From positions 1 to 60,863 of the forward strand of contig JBDHHQ010000020.1 of NCBI GenBank assembly GCA_039589315.1: a DNA stretch of 60,863 bases, in the 5' to 3' direction. A program made the translations under genes and the position numbers. This document shows positions 19,992 through 29,369 of this stretch, in pieces (the stretch's first letter is position 1; each line of letters opens with the position of its first letter). The DNA is from Gemmatimonadota bacterium. Its GTDB lineage: Bacteria; Gemmatimonadota; Gemmatimonadetes; Longimicrobiales; Gaopeijiaceae. The notes beneath the pieces were generated by a model. That model saw only the letters and a program-made list of their open reading frames with translations, was not told where the DNA came from and made no database searches.

Positions 19992-22414
19992 CGCGCCCAC
20001 TCCTCCAACACCGACCGGGCCCGGTCGAAGTGCCGTTGGAGCACAGGGATCTCGATTCCCGCGTACCCGTCCTCGAGTCTCTGCCGGGCACCAACGAGTC
20101 CCCGCAGTAGATCCTGCGCCGCTGCCCTTCTCGCCCCGTCCTCAGTGGAGCCCACGCTACCGATCCACACGGGCGCGGTGTGGGCGAACGCGTCGGTGCT
20201 CATGGCGGGCCAACTCGTGGTGGCGGGTCCGGTGGCTCGGGCGGCGATCCATCCGCCCGGCGGAAGGTCGACAGCGCCAGAGTACGCTCGGCTTCCGGGG
20301 CCCACGGGAGCGTCGTCGGACCAGACAACGCGGCCATTCACCACGACCTCCACCCGGTCCGTGGAGACCGCAGTGTGCAGGTCCAACGTCCATTCGGCCC
20401 CGCCCGAATTGGCGACCTCTCCGCCAGGCCCCACACCCTCAACACGAAAGTCCAGCAGCGGTCCGGTCGTCACGAAGCTCCGGCCGGCCCGGAGGGCGTC
20501 CATGTAGTCGGAGAACGCTCTGGAGCCGCCGGTCTGCACGTACACGCGGGTCGCTCCCACGGCCATGGTGCGGTAGAGGTCGGTCATCACGTCGGTCCCG
20601 GCCGTGGGCGCGATCGGGACGCCGACGTTCAGGAGCCGGTACCACAGCTCCATCGTCCCCTGTTCGTTGCTCCACAGGCACGCCACCTCGAGGCCGTCCA
20701 CGTGCCCCTGGACGGCATCGGCGATGAACGCGACGGGAATGCCTGCTGGTGGGTCGGTGGCAAAAGGCTCCGCGTTGCCCACGGGATGCACGTAGGTGTT
20801 CATGCCTCCCTGGGTGCGGGCGTGGTCCAGCGCCTCGGCGTTGGGTCGGTCATCCGTGCCATACACCTGATAGCCGGGTCCCCAGATCCACGGCCAGAAC
20901 AGGTCCCGTGTGTCGAGGAGCGAGACATGACCCAGGAAGTGCGAGCGCACCTCCTGGCCGAACTGAATCCACGGCAGCGGGCCCAGGCGGTCTTCTCCCC
21001 AGAGCTCCTGTTGCTCGAATCGGTTATGTAGGTTGGCCAGCAAGGGGGTGGCCACGTCCAGGTCTTCGCTCCGAGCGAAGAGCACGAGATCAGCCCGGTC
21101 AAGCTGGTAGGAGCCACCATAGTTGAGGTGGAAGTGGTGGTCCCCGCTCATCCAGCCTTCGCCCTCAGCGGACCATACCGCCGTCAGCTCGAGGTCCACC
21201 TCCGTGACTCGACCGGCCTCGATCGAGGCAGAGGCGGTGACCATTGGTGTGGTCAGGCCGCGGGCCGCGTCGATCATGGCTTCGCCCACTGGCAACTCGA
21301 CCTCGACGAAGCCGTCGCCGTAGAAGAACACGCGCCCGTTCTGTCCGTCGAAGAAGGGCTTGGCGCCCGCCGGCACCGCGGGGTGGCCGCGACCGTCGAG
21401 GACTGTCAGGCGCGCTGGCACCTGGAACCCGTCGACCCTGGTCCGAATCCGAAGGCGACCGGTCTCCTCGCCCCAGTCCCACACGTCCACGGGGACCCGC
21501 TCGGTGACGCCCCCCACCGCCGGCACGCGCATGAGCTGCATGCGCTCCTCCGGATCGGCTTCGGAGAAATAGACCCACCGTCCATCGCCGCTCCAGGTCG
21601 GAGTCAACGGGAGTCCCCGCCCGGAAGTCAGCAGGATCGTCAGTCCCGGCTGCGCGAGGTCCACCGTCCTCAGCTCCCACCCGCCACGCTGGTCGGGCAC
21701 GTTCAGCGCGATCGTGCGACCATCGGGAGAGAGGGCCGGCTGAAGCTGCGACAGGATGCTTCCCCGGAAGATCACGCGTTCATCGCCGGTGGAGAGTCTC
21801 CGCACCCGCACCTGGTCCCCTCCGCCACGGGACTTGGACAGGTAGACCAACCGGTCTCCGTCAGGGTGTGGGATGGGCCGGCGTTCCAGCCCGGCTTCCG
21901 TCGTCACGCGCTCCGACTCACCGGACGCGAGATCCAGTCGCCAGAGATCCAGGTCTCCCGCGACCGCGGACGCGTAGTAGAGGGAGCGCCCGTCCGGCGC
22001 GTAGGCCGGATCCAGATCGATCCCGGTCTCCTCCACCAACACCCGCTCCTCTCCGGTGGCCACGTCGATCTGGACGATAGCCGTCTCCCGGGTGTCGTCC
22101 CGGACGAACGCGAGCGAGGCACCGTCTGGGGACCACGCGGGCCGTGAGTCGATCCCGGCCGTGCGCGTGAGCCGGCGGGCCGATCGAGCTTCGTCCCCCA
22201 GGATCCAGAGCCATCCCTGCGAAGCGAACGCCACCTGGTCGCCGTGCACTGCCGCGTCGATCGGGCCCACGGTGAAGAGCGGCAGCTCGTACCCCTCCAG
22301 GTACACGTGGTGGGAGTAGCCCTGGATCTTGGGATACCGGTTCGTCCACTGGGCACCGACCAGTGAGGGCCAGAGCAGGATGAGGAGCGCGCAGAGGATC
22401 GGTCCACGAACCAT
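19988..22414 (-). CDS. PD40 beta-propeller plus CehA/McbA-family (PHP-like) metallohydrolase
   Basis: Signal peptide, WSPDG repeats, WMSGDHHFH, GQEVRSHFLGH, YVHP, AGTD and GRSFVTTGP. Confidence 0.85.
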   Translation of the reverse strand: MVRGPILCALLILLWPSLVGAQWTNRYPKIQGYSHHVYLEGYELPLFTVGPIDAAVHGDQVAFASQGWLWILGDEARSARRLTRTAGIDSRPAWSPDGASLAFVRDDTRETAIVQIDVATGEERVLVEETGIDLDPAYAPDGRSLYYASAVAGDLDLWRLDLASGESERVTTEAGLERRPIPHPDGDRLVYLSKSRGGGDQVRVRRLSTGDERVIFRGSILSQLQPALSPDGRTIALNVPDQRGGWELRTVDLAQPGLTILLTSGRGLPLTPTWSGDGRWVYFSEADPEERMQLMRVPAVGGVTERVPVDVWDWGEETGRLRIRTRVDGFQVPARLTVLDGRGHPAVPAGAKPFFDGQNGRVFFYGDGFVEVELPVGEAMIDAARGLTTPMVTASASIEAGRVTEVDLELTAVWSAEGEGWMSGDHHFHLNYGGSYQLDRADLVLFARSEDLDVATPLLANLHNRFEQQELWGEDRLGPLPWIQFGQEVRSHFLGHVSLLDTRDLFWPWIWGPGYQVYGTDDRPNAEALDHARTQGGMNTYVHPVGNAEPFATDPPAGIPVAFIADAVQGHVDGLEVACLWSNEQGTMELWYRLLNVGVPIAPTAGTDVMTDLYRTMAVGATRVYVQTGGSRAFSDYMDALRAGRSFVTTGPLLDFRVEGVGPGGEVANSGGAEWTLDLHTAVSTDRVEVVVNGRVVWSDDAPVGPGSRAYSGAVDLPPGGWIAARATGPATTSWPAMSTDAFAHTAPVWIGSVGSTEDGARRAAAQDLLRGLVGARQRLEDGYAGIEIPVLQRHFDRARSVLEEWAR

Positions 22415-22544
22415 GAGTACTCCGAGCAGGGCGAGACGGGACGACGAACAGTCGGCCCATGGAGGTCACTCTAGGGCCGCGCCTCCTGGAGCGACAGCGC
22501 CTCACGCGACGTAGGGACTGGATCCATCGGACGGCGGCAACGAA

Positions 22545-22979
22545 TCACTCGTCGTCCACCGCCTCCCGCACCTGCCGCTTGAGTCTGGCCAGGATGGCGC
22601 CCATGCCCCTGAGCCGGAGCGGTGAGACGACAGCCTCCAGACCCATGCGGGCGTAGAAGTCGGCGGGTACCGCGAGCACGTCCTGCCAGTGTACACCCTC
22701 CAGACCCACCCACAGGATGCCCGCGAAGCCGCGTACCGTGGGACTCTCGGGAGGCGCGTCGAAGAAGAGGTGAACCGAGCCGTTCTCGTCGACCCGGGTG
22801 GCGAGGAAGAAGGGGGTCTGGCACTCGTGCACGCGCTCGAGCCGAGACCGGTCCGCGAGGAACTCCTCAGGGAGCGGCGGCACCTTCCGGGCGTATTGTA
22901 GCAACGCCTGGGCCCTGAGCTCTTTGGGAGCTCGTGCGAATCGATCGACCACCTTCGCCAGGGCCTCGGGGACGCTCAT
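22545..22979 (-). CDS. SufE family sulfur-acceptor protein (Rv3284-like)
   Basis: VHECQTP catalytic Cys, SPTVRGFA and SPLRLRGM motifs. Confidence 0.9.
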   Translation of the reverse strand: MSVPEALAKVVDRFARAPKELRAQALLQYARKVPPLPEEFLADRSRLERVHECQTPFFLATRVDENGSVHLFFDAPPESPTVRGFAGILWVGLEGVHWQDVLAVPADFYARMGLEAVVSPLRLRGMGAILARLKRQVREAVDDE

Positions 22980-23135
22980 GGCTGCAGCCTACCGTCGAGG
23001 GCCCGCGGCTGTTCCCGGCCGCGTCAGGTCGCTGAGCCCAATGAACGAGCTCCGTCGAACCCCAGGTGGCCGAGGAGGGTAGACAGGTGTCCCGCTCGAT
23101 CCGTGACACGTCTCCTTCGTTCGTACGAGGTCTTC

Positions 23136-24011
23136 ATGCCAGCGCCGCACGATTCCAGTCCGCACTTCGATCAGTTCGCACACCGTGAGAGGCTCGTCTC
23201 GACCGACTGGCTCGCCGAGCACCTCGATCACCGGGACGTCGTCGTCGTCGAGTCGGATGAGGATGTCCTCCTCTATGACACCGGTCACATCCCCGGTGCC
23301 GTCAAGGTCGACTGGCACATGGACCTGAACGACCCGATCACGCGTGACTACCTGGACGACGCCAGGTTCGCCGAGCTCATGTCCTCCAAAGGGATCGGGC
23401 GAGACACGACCGTCGTCTTCTACGGGGACAACTTCAACTGGTGGGCAGCCTATGCGCTGTGGGTCTTCACGCTGTTTGGCCACCCCGACGTTCGCCTCCT
23501 GGATGGAGGGCGGAAGAAGTGGGTCGACGAGGGCCGCCCGCTGACGACCGACGTGCCGGATCGCGCCGCTGCGGAGTATCCCGTAGTCGAGCGGCGTGAT
23601 GCGCCCATTCGCGCCTATCGTGAAGACGTGATGGAGCACCTGACGGCTCGTGGCCGGCTCGTGGACGTGCGCTCGCCCCAGGAGTACAGGGGAGAGCTCC
23701 TACACATGCCGGACTACCCCCAGGAGGGCGCACTCCGGGGGGGCCACATCCCTGGTGCAGCCAACGTGCCGTGGAAGCGGGCCGCCAACGACGACGCGAC
23801 CTTCAAGTCGGCCGACGAGCTGCGAGCGATCTACGAAGGCGAGCAGGGTCTGAGCACCACCGACGAGGTCGTGGCGTACTGCCGCATCGGCGAGCGGTCG
23901 AGCCACACCTGGTTCGTTCTCCACCACCTGCTCGGCTTCCCGAACGTCCGCAACTACGACGGTTCATGGACCGAGTGGGGCAACCTGGTCCGGGCACCCA
24001 TCGAGCGCTGA
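23136..24011 (+). CDS. sseA: tandem-rhodanese thiosulfate sulfurtransferase (SseA-like)
   Basis: [17 protein letters not shown], active-site YCRIGERS and [10 protein letters not shown] signature. Confidence 0.88.
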   Translation: MPAPHDSSPHFDQFAHRERLVSTDWLAEHLDHRDVVVVESDEDVLLYDTGHIPGAVKVDWHMDLNDPITRDYLDDARFAELMSSKGIGRDTTVVFYGDNFNWWAAYALWVFTLFGHPDVRLLDGGRKKWVDEGRPLTTDVPDRAAAEYPVVERRDAPIRAYREDVMEHLTARGRLVDVRSPQEYRGELLHMPDYPQEGALRGGHIPGAANVPWKRAANDDATFKSADELRAIYEGEQGLSTTDEVVAYCRIGERSSHTWFVLHHLLGFPNVRNYDGSWTEWGNLVRAPIER

Positions 24012-24099
24012 GAGGCAGGGCCCGCGGCGCGAGCGCTGGAACGATCTGCCTCGTCCAGCACTACCCAAGGAGGCGGTCTGCGCGTTCGGTAGGAGGCAA

Positions 24100-24963
24100 A
24101 TGACAGATCTCGGCAGGGATTCCGGGGAGGGGCCTGAGGCACCTCTGTTTCAGTCCATGAGACGGCGGCGCGAACGGCGCTCGCTCCCACGCGTGGTTCT
24201 GGTGCTCTTCCTCGTGCTGCTGGCCACGGGCGCCGTCTGGTACTGGTTTGGGTCCCGCACCGAGCCCGTGCCGGAGGCTCCTTTGGCCGTCCCGGAGGAT
24301 TCGGTTCCCTCGAGCATCGAACCGACGGAGGCGTTGCTCGATCTCCCTGCGCTCGATGCGAGTGACACGCTCGTTCGAGAGCTGCTCGCCCAGCTTTCGC
24401 AGCATCCGAGGTGGGCCGCCTGGCTGGTGCCGGAAGATCTCGTGCGTCGCTTCGTCACCACGGTCGTGAACGTCGCCGGAGGCGACAGCCCGAGGTCACA
24501 GCTCGACTTCCTCGCCCCTGCCGACTCCTTTCGCGTTCGGGAGTCGGACGAACGGACCGTCATCGCCCCGGAGAGCTATGGAAGGTACGACCGGCTCACA
24601 GAGGTCTTCGTGTCTCTGGACACGGAGGTCGCGGCTCGGCTCTACCGGGGCCTCCACCCCCTCTTCGAGGAGGCATACCGGGAGCTGGGGCTGACGGCCC
24701 GCACCTTCGACGGCTCCCTGGCGATGGCGATGGGCAACCTCCTCGCCGTCGAGGTCCCCGGGGGCGACATGGAGGTCGTGCAATACGAAGCCGTCTACGA
24801 GTTCCGTGACCGCCGACTGGAAGCGTCGACTCCTGCGGAGAAGCACCTCCTTCGGCTGGGTCCGGAAAACGCCGGGCGGGTCCAGCAGAAGGTCCGCGAG
24901 CTGGCCGGCGCCGTCGGGATCGAGCCCGGTGAGCCCCCCTCCGTCCCGCCGTCGGGAGATTAG
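24100..24963 (+). CDS. DUF3014 domain membrane-anchored protein
   Basis: AGGAGG RBS, single TM helix, LP.LDASD..VR, Y.RYD, PLFEEAYRELG and K.LLRLGPEN motifs. Confidence 0.85.
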   Translation: MTDLGRDSGEGPEAPLFQSMRRRRERRSLPRVVLVLFLVLLATGAVWYWFGSRTEPVPEAPLAVPEDSVPSSIEPTEALLDLPALDASDTLVRELLAQLSQHPRWAAWLVPEDLVRRFVTTVVNVAGGDSPRSQLDFLAPADSFRVRESDERTVIAPESYGRYDRLTEVFVSLDTEVAARLYRGLHPLFEEAYRELGLTARTFDGSLAMAMGNLLAVEVPGGDMEVVQYEAVYEFRDRRLEASTPAEKHLLRLGPENAGRVQQKVRELAGAVGIEPGEPPSVPPSGD

Positions 24964-24977
24964 AGAGCAGGTCCAGG

Positions 24978-25166
24978 CTACATATACGCGGCCTGGATCT
25001 TGTCGAGGCGAACCACGATGCGGTCGTACTGCTGGCTTCGACCGACCACGGCCGTGTCCGTGATCTCGGTCACGACCAGCGCGATCGTATTGGAGTTCAG
25101 GGCGACGGTCACGCCCCGGCCGCCGGCCATGGAATCGTTCAGCAAAGCGACGATGGAATCGGACAT
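24978..25166 (-). CDS. small hypothetical protein, 62 aa (beta-rich)
   Basis: AGGAG upstream, typical codon usage, GRSQQYDRIVVRLD.I.A pattern. Confidence 0.65.
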   Translation of the reverse strand: MSDSIVALLNDSMAGGRGVTVALNSNTIALVVTEITDTAVVGRSQQYDRIVVRLDKIQAAYM

Positions 25167-25182
25167 CGAACATGCTCCTGGT

Positions 25183-25425
25183 TCAGGTCAGCCCGCGTAG
25201 TATGGCCGTCCCGTGTGGGCGGACGGCCTTGAAGGCCCGGTTGAACACGGTCGCCAGCGTCGGCGAGGCGCCGTATTCGGACGCCGCGTCATCCGGGTAT
25301 CGCCGCGCGCTCCGCAACGTGAAAAAGTCGTGCGTGCTCACGCGGGCGTTCTGATCGACAACGACGCGGAACCGGCGACACGAGAAGCCTCCCGCCTCCC
25401 GCGCGTGAGTCTGCAGATAGGTCAT
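25183..25425 (-). CDS. hypothetical protein, 80 aa
   Basis: GAGGAG RBS 2 nt before ATG (unusually short spacing); no motif. Confidence 0.4.
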   Translation of the reverse strand: MTYLQTHAREAGGFSCRRFRVVVDQNARVSTHDFFTLRSARRYPDDAASEYGASPTLATVFNRAFKAVRPHGTAILRGLT

Positions 25426-25490
25426 GGCTCCTCGCGCACCTCATGGGTCATCCCTCTTCATGCACCTCTTCACCTGACGCTGGTCGACCC

Positions 25491-26015
25491 TCAGTCATCG
25501 CTCCAGGCGAGCCCGTAGAGCGCCCGCACCAGGTCTGCGGCAGGGCCGTCGGTGATCGGCCCTGCCGGCATGAGCTCATAGACCCTGTCACCGTCAGCGA
25601 CGATCATCACGCCCATGCTGTCCGCGGATAGCACCGTCTGTGGCGTAGCATCACTCTCCAGCAACGATTCCGCGAGAGCCCGCAACTCCGCAAGCGTGGA
25701 GGTGGGGAGCCGCCGCCTGGTCGTGTCATCGAGCGCCCCGAAGACCAGCTTGCCGTGGTCGTCGCTTCGAGCCGCATTGAGCTCCGCGGTCTCGAGATCG
25801 ACGACGACCCGCCAGGTCGTTGAAACGAACCCGCCACCACCCGCCAGGACGCCCCGGCGGGGTAGCAGAGCGCGATAACCCTCGTGGAGCGCGCCAATGG
25901 GGATCCGACGTGGAGCGCCTGGCACGGGCGGGGCCGGCCCCCTGGAGGACCCAGATGGCTGTTGGGGGGCCGGGCGGGGCGGTTTGGGGATGAGCTCTGG
26001 GCGTTCGTCGTCCAA
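25491..26015 (-). CDS. hypothetical protein with Pro-rich N-terminus
   Basis: TTG start; globular C-terminal ~130 aa; no motif recognised. Confidence 0.55.
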   Translation of the reverse strand: MDDERPELIPKPPRPAPQQPSGSSRGPAPPVPGAPRRIPIGALHEGYRALLPRRGVLAGGGGFVSTTWRVVVDLETAELNAARSDDHGKLVFGALDDTTRRRLPTSTLAELRALAESLLESDATPQTVLSADSMGVMIVADGDRVYELMPAGPITDGPAADLVRALYGLAWSDD

Positions 26016-26197
26016 CGGATCTCCCGGTCAGCCTGAGAATCGCGTCTCGAAACTCCGCCCGCCCCGCCCGACCCGCAAGAACGTGAGTCGAGTTTGCGCT
26101 GGATCCCCTCCGCGGTGAATACATCTAACCCGAAGGATCGGTGCGCTCCGCCGAGGCAGGCTGACGCCGCCATTCCATTGCACCAGTAGGCAGAGAC

Positions 26198-27220
26198 ATG
26201 ACACCGAAGCAGATCGCGTTTGCGGCCGGCCTTTCGATAGCCGCCATGCTCATGACTGGGTGTGCAGGACCGCGAGTTTCCACCCCCAGCCCGAGCTTCG
26301 AGCATGAGCTCGCCTCAGCCGAGAGGCCGTGGACGCACGATCATTTCGACTACGATGACGGGCAGTTCACGTTCGCCATCGTGTCGGACCTGAACGGCAG
26401 CGAGAGAGACCGGGTCTTCGAGATCGCCATCGAGCAGCTGTCGCTGCTGCGACCCCGGTTCGTCATGACGGTAGGCGACCTCATTGACGGTGCTTCAGAG
26501 GACCCCACTGCTCTCCACGCGGAGTGGGACTCCTTCGACGGACGGGCCCGAACCGCGCCCCTCTTCCGCGTGAGCGGGAATCACGACGCGACGGCGCAGG
26601 CACTGCGGGACGTGTGGGTGGAGCGGTATGGCGCCCTGTACTACCACTTCGTCTATGAGAACGTGCTGTTTCTCGTGATGGACACCGAGGACTACAGTCC
26701 CGAGCGCCGCCTCGAGATGCGCAACGCCCGTAACGAAGCGCTCCAGGTCACGGACCGCGCCGAGTTGGCGCAGACTGAGTACTACAAGATGCCTGAGCGG
26801 CTGACTGGAGAGATCGGGCCGGAGCAGTCGGCCTACTTCCAGCGGGTCCTCGCCGACCATCCCTCCGTGCAGTGGACGATGTTGTTCATGCACAAACCGG
26901 TTTGGCAGCGCGACGACGAGCCGGACTTCGCCGCAATGGAATCAGCGCTGGCAGATCGGCCGTACACGCTCTTCAATGGCCACTTCCACCGCTACTCGCA
27001 CACGGTCAAGAACGGCCGCGACCATATCATGCTGGGCACCACTGGCGGAGGGCAGAGCTCCACCGACGAGATGTCGTTCGACCACGTGACCCTCGTGACG
27101 ATGAGCGAGGAGGGGCCGAGCATCGCCCACCTGCGGCTCGACGGCATTCTGGACAAGACCGGGAGGGTCCCCTCCGGGGGCGACACCCTCTGCTTCCAGG
27201 CCTCTGGGGGCTGCGGCTGA
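26198..27220 (+). CDS. calcineurin-like metallophosphoesterase, lipoprotein
   Basis: VSDLNG, VGDLID, GNHD, FMHKP and FNGHFH; lipobox MTGC. Confidence 0.9.
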   Translation: MTPKQIAFAAGLSIAAMLMTGCAGPRVSTPSPSFEHELASAERPWTHDHFDYDDGQFTFAIVSDLNGSERDRVFEIAIEQLSLLRPRFVMTVGDLIDGASEDPTALHAEWDSFDGRARTAPLFRVSGNHDATAQALRDVWVERYGALYYHFVYENVLFLVMDTEDYSPERRLEMRNARNEALQVTDRAELAQTEYYKMPERLTGEIGPEQSAYFQRVLADHPSVQWTMLFMHKPVWQRDDEPDFAAMESALADRPYTLFNGHFHRYSHTVKNGRDHIMLGTTGGGQSSTDEMSFDHVTLVTMSEEGPSIAHLRLDGILDKTGRVPSGGDTLCFQASGGCG

Positions 27221-27254
27221 GCCAGGATCCGAACCCGTCTGAAGGAAGATCGCC

Positions 27255-27746
27255 ATGGACCAGCTCATCCCTGCGCTTTCGATCGCGGCCGCACTTGGAT
27301 CGGCCGTAGTGGCGGGCATCTTCTTCGCATTCTCCACCTTCGTGATGAGGGCCCTGTCCCGCCTACCTGCGGCCGAGGGGATCGCGGCGATGCAGTCGAT
27401 CAACATCGTCGTGATCAACCCCTGGTTCCTGGGCGTCTTCGTCGGAACAGCGGTGCTCTCTCTGGGAGCCATCGCCGTGGCCGTCCAGGGCTGGACGCAC
27501 CCCGCAGCCGTCTTCAACCTGACCGGAGCGATCCTCTACCTCGTGGGGACGTTCCTGGTCACCGGGGGCGGGAATGTCCCCTTGAACAACCAGCTCGCTG
27601 CGCTCTCGCCGGACGACCCCGGCGCCGAAGACGCGTGGCGCCGGTACGTGCGCCGCTGGACCGCATGGAACCATGTGCGCACCCTCGCGGCGACCATCGC
27701 AGCACTCGCCTATTGCATCGGCCTCATGCGTATGGGTGGTCCCTGA
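27255..27746 (+). CDS. DUF1772 / anthrone oxygenase family membrane protein
   Basis: GIFFAFSTFVMRAL, AMQSIN, NVPLNNQL and W..WNHVRT. Confidence 0.9.
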   Translation: MDQLIPALSIAAALGSAVVAGIFFAFSTFVMRALSRLPAAEGIAAMQSINIVVINPWFLGVFVGTAVLSLGAIAVAVQGWTHPAAVFNLTGAILYLVGTFLVTGGGNVPLNNQLAALSPDDPGAEDAWRRYVRRWTAWNHVRTLAATIAALAYCIGLMRMGGP

Positions 27747-27951
27747 CGGCTGTGCCGGGTCGCGCCTTCACTCTTCGTCCGCCCACGCCCATCCCCGTAT
27801 CCCTCGCGAGGGCGCTCCGGCAAGCCGGGCGTCAGGACCGCCCCACCCCGTCGCACGTCCGCTACAGAAGTCGCGAGACTGTCGCTCCACCCCTCCTGTG
27901 CGCCCCGGGTGGATTCTGCCGAAGCGCCTGTCATGACCGGGTTCCTGCCAT

Positions 27952-27968
27952 CTGGAACGAACCCTGCA
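27952..27968 (+). promoter_or_regulatory. sigma54 (-24/-12) promoter candidate for the Flp pilin gene
   Basis: CTGGAACGAACCCTGCA: GG-N10-GC spacing, close to TGGCACG-N4-TTGC, about 55 nt before the pilin ATG. Confidence 0.5.
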
Positions 27969-28021
27969 CTCTGTGCCGTTCGCGGTTCCCGATGATGGAC
28001 CTTGAAAGTGAGTCTACCGCC

Positions 28022-28216
28022 ATGGCAACGCTTCTCAACAAGCTGTGGAACGACGATGCGGGACAAGGCATCGCCGAGTCCACCCTGATCATCGCGCTCG
28101 TAGCGATCGGGCTCCTGGCGATCCTCACGGCCTTCCGTACCCCCATGGGCAGGATCTTCCAAACGGCTTCCGATACCCTGAACAACGCGCAAGCGACGGC
28201 CTACCCGATCAGCTGA
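28022..28216 (+). CDS. Flp family type IVb pilin
   Basis: 64 aa; LWNDDAG/QGIAE prepilin cleavage site with Glu+5, followed by a hydrophobic helix. Confidence 0.8.
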   Translation: MATLLNKLWNDDAGQGIAESTLIIALVAIGLLAILTAFRTPMGRIFQTASDTLNNAQATAYPIS

Positions 28217-28336
28217 CGGACCCGCGCCCGAAGGGCTGGTGACCGGCCTCGAGCTCGCCAGAGGAACGCGCCGCGCAGGGATGAATGCGCTGCGCAGGCT
28301 TCCCGTCGCCTGGTGTGGTGCTGCAAAAGCACCACA

Positions 28337-29215
28337 CTAGAAGAAGTGCCCGCCCCCGGGTAGCGTAGACCCGTTCACGACGGGACCGACGGGAATGAAC
28401 GGTGGTGCGAACGTCGGCACCGGTCCCTGGCCGAGCACGTTGCGAATCTGAGCTCCCGCCAGCCAGGACGAGAAGTAGGCTGCAACCTGGCTCGCGATCG
28501 CAGCGAACTTGGCGTCCGCACCTGGCACCGGAACGGCCAGGCGACCGGACATCGCGGATTGCAGCACGCCTGAGCTCGTGATGGCACCCGAGTTTGTGGA
28601 CGAGGCCGCGAGGGGTGTGGGGATGTTGGGTGTCGGAGGGGCTGCGGGCAGCGGGACCGAGGCAAAGCTCGGATACCACGGGAGGGCGGCGATTGTCACC
28701 CCGCCCTGGAAGGAGGCGAAGGAGGCCCCGATCCCGTCGGCCGCCGCCTTCGCGATGTGTCCGTTGGGTCCAATGGATGCTGAAATCCCTTGGATGAGCG
28801 GACCCAGGTTCGGACCGCTCAGGCAGCCCGCGTTACCGATGGCCGTCGAGGCCATGATGGTGACGCCGTGGAACGTGGCGCTGGCCCTCCAGGTCGAGTG
28901 CGCGGACTTCGTGGCCGACACGACCTTCGCGACCACGTCGTCGGTTTGACCCGATCCGCCCCCACCTCCGCCGGGGACGGGCACCGGCACGGCACCGGCA
29001 GGGAGCCCGAGGGCCCTCCGCGTCATCGGACCCACGATGCCGTCGACCGCCAGGCCTTTCGACCGCTGGAACTCCTGCACGCGGGCGTGCGTCTTCTGGC
29101 CGAAGATGCCATCGGCGCCGAGGGGCGGGAGGCGCGAACCTCCCGCTCTGTTCAACGCGCTCTGGACCTCGCTCACATCCGGTCCGCGAGATCCTAGCCG
29201 GAGGAGACGGGACAT
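28337..29215 (-). CDS. peptidoglycan-binding domain (PG_binding_1) protein with unknown C-terminal domain
   Basis: AGGAG RBS; LRLGSRGPDV..VQ..L, DGIFG..T...V..FQ...GL.VDGIVGP.T; Gly linker; Pro-rich C-terminal domain. Confidence 0.82.
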   Translation of the reverse strand: MSRLLRLGSRGPDVSEVQSALNRAGGSRLPPLGADGIFGQKTHARVQEFQRSKGLAVDGIVGPMTRRALGLPAGAVPVPVPGGGGGGSGQTDDVVAKVVSATKSAHSTWRASATFHGVTIMASTAIGNAGCLSGPNLGPLIQGISASIGPNGHIAKAAADGIGASFASFQGGVTIAALPWYPSFASVPLPAAPPTPNIPTPLAASSTNSGAITSSGVLQSAMSGRLAVPVPGADAKFAAIASQVAAYFSSWLAGAQIRNVLGQGPVPTFAPPFIPVGPVVNGSTLPGGGHFF

Positions 29216-29369
29216 GGCGTTCTCCTGGAGGGGTTCCCTGGCTTGTTCCTGTCGATTATACGCCGAGCGGTTTCGCCGGCGAAACACCGGCGTTGGCGAC
29301 CACCGTGGCCGCGGGCAGCCGCACCCTGGGTGAAGATCACTTGCCCTCCTCCACCCGTGTAGAGGCCGC

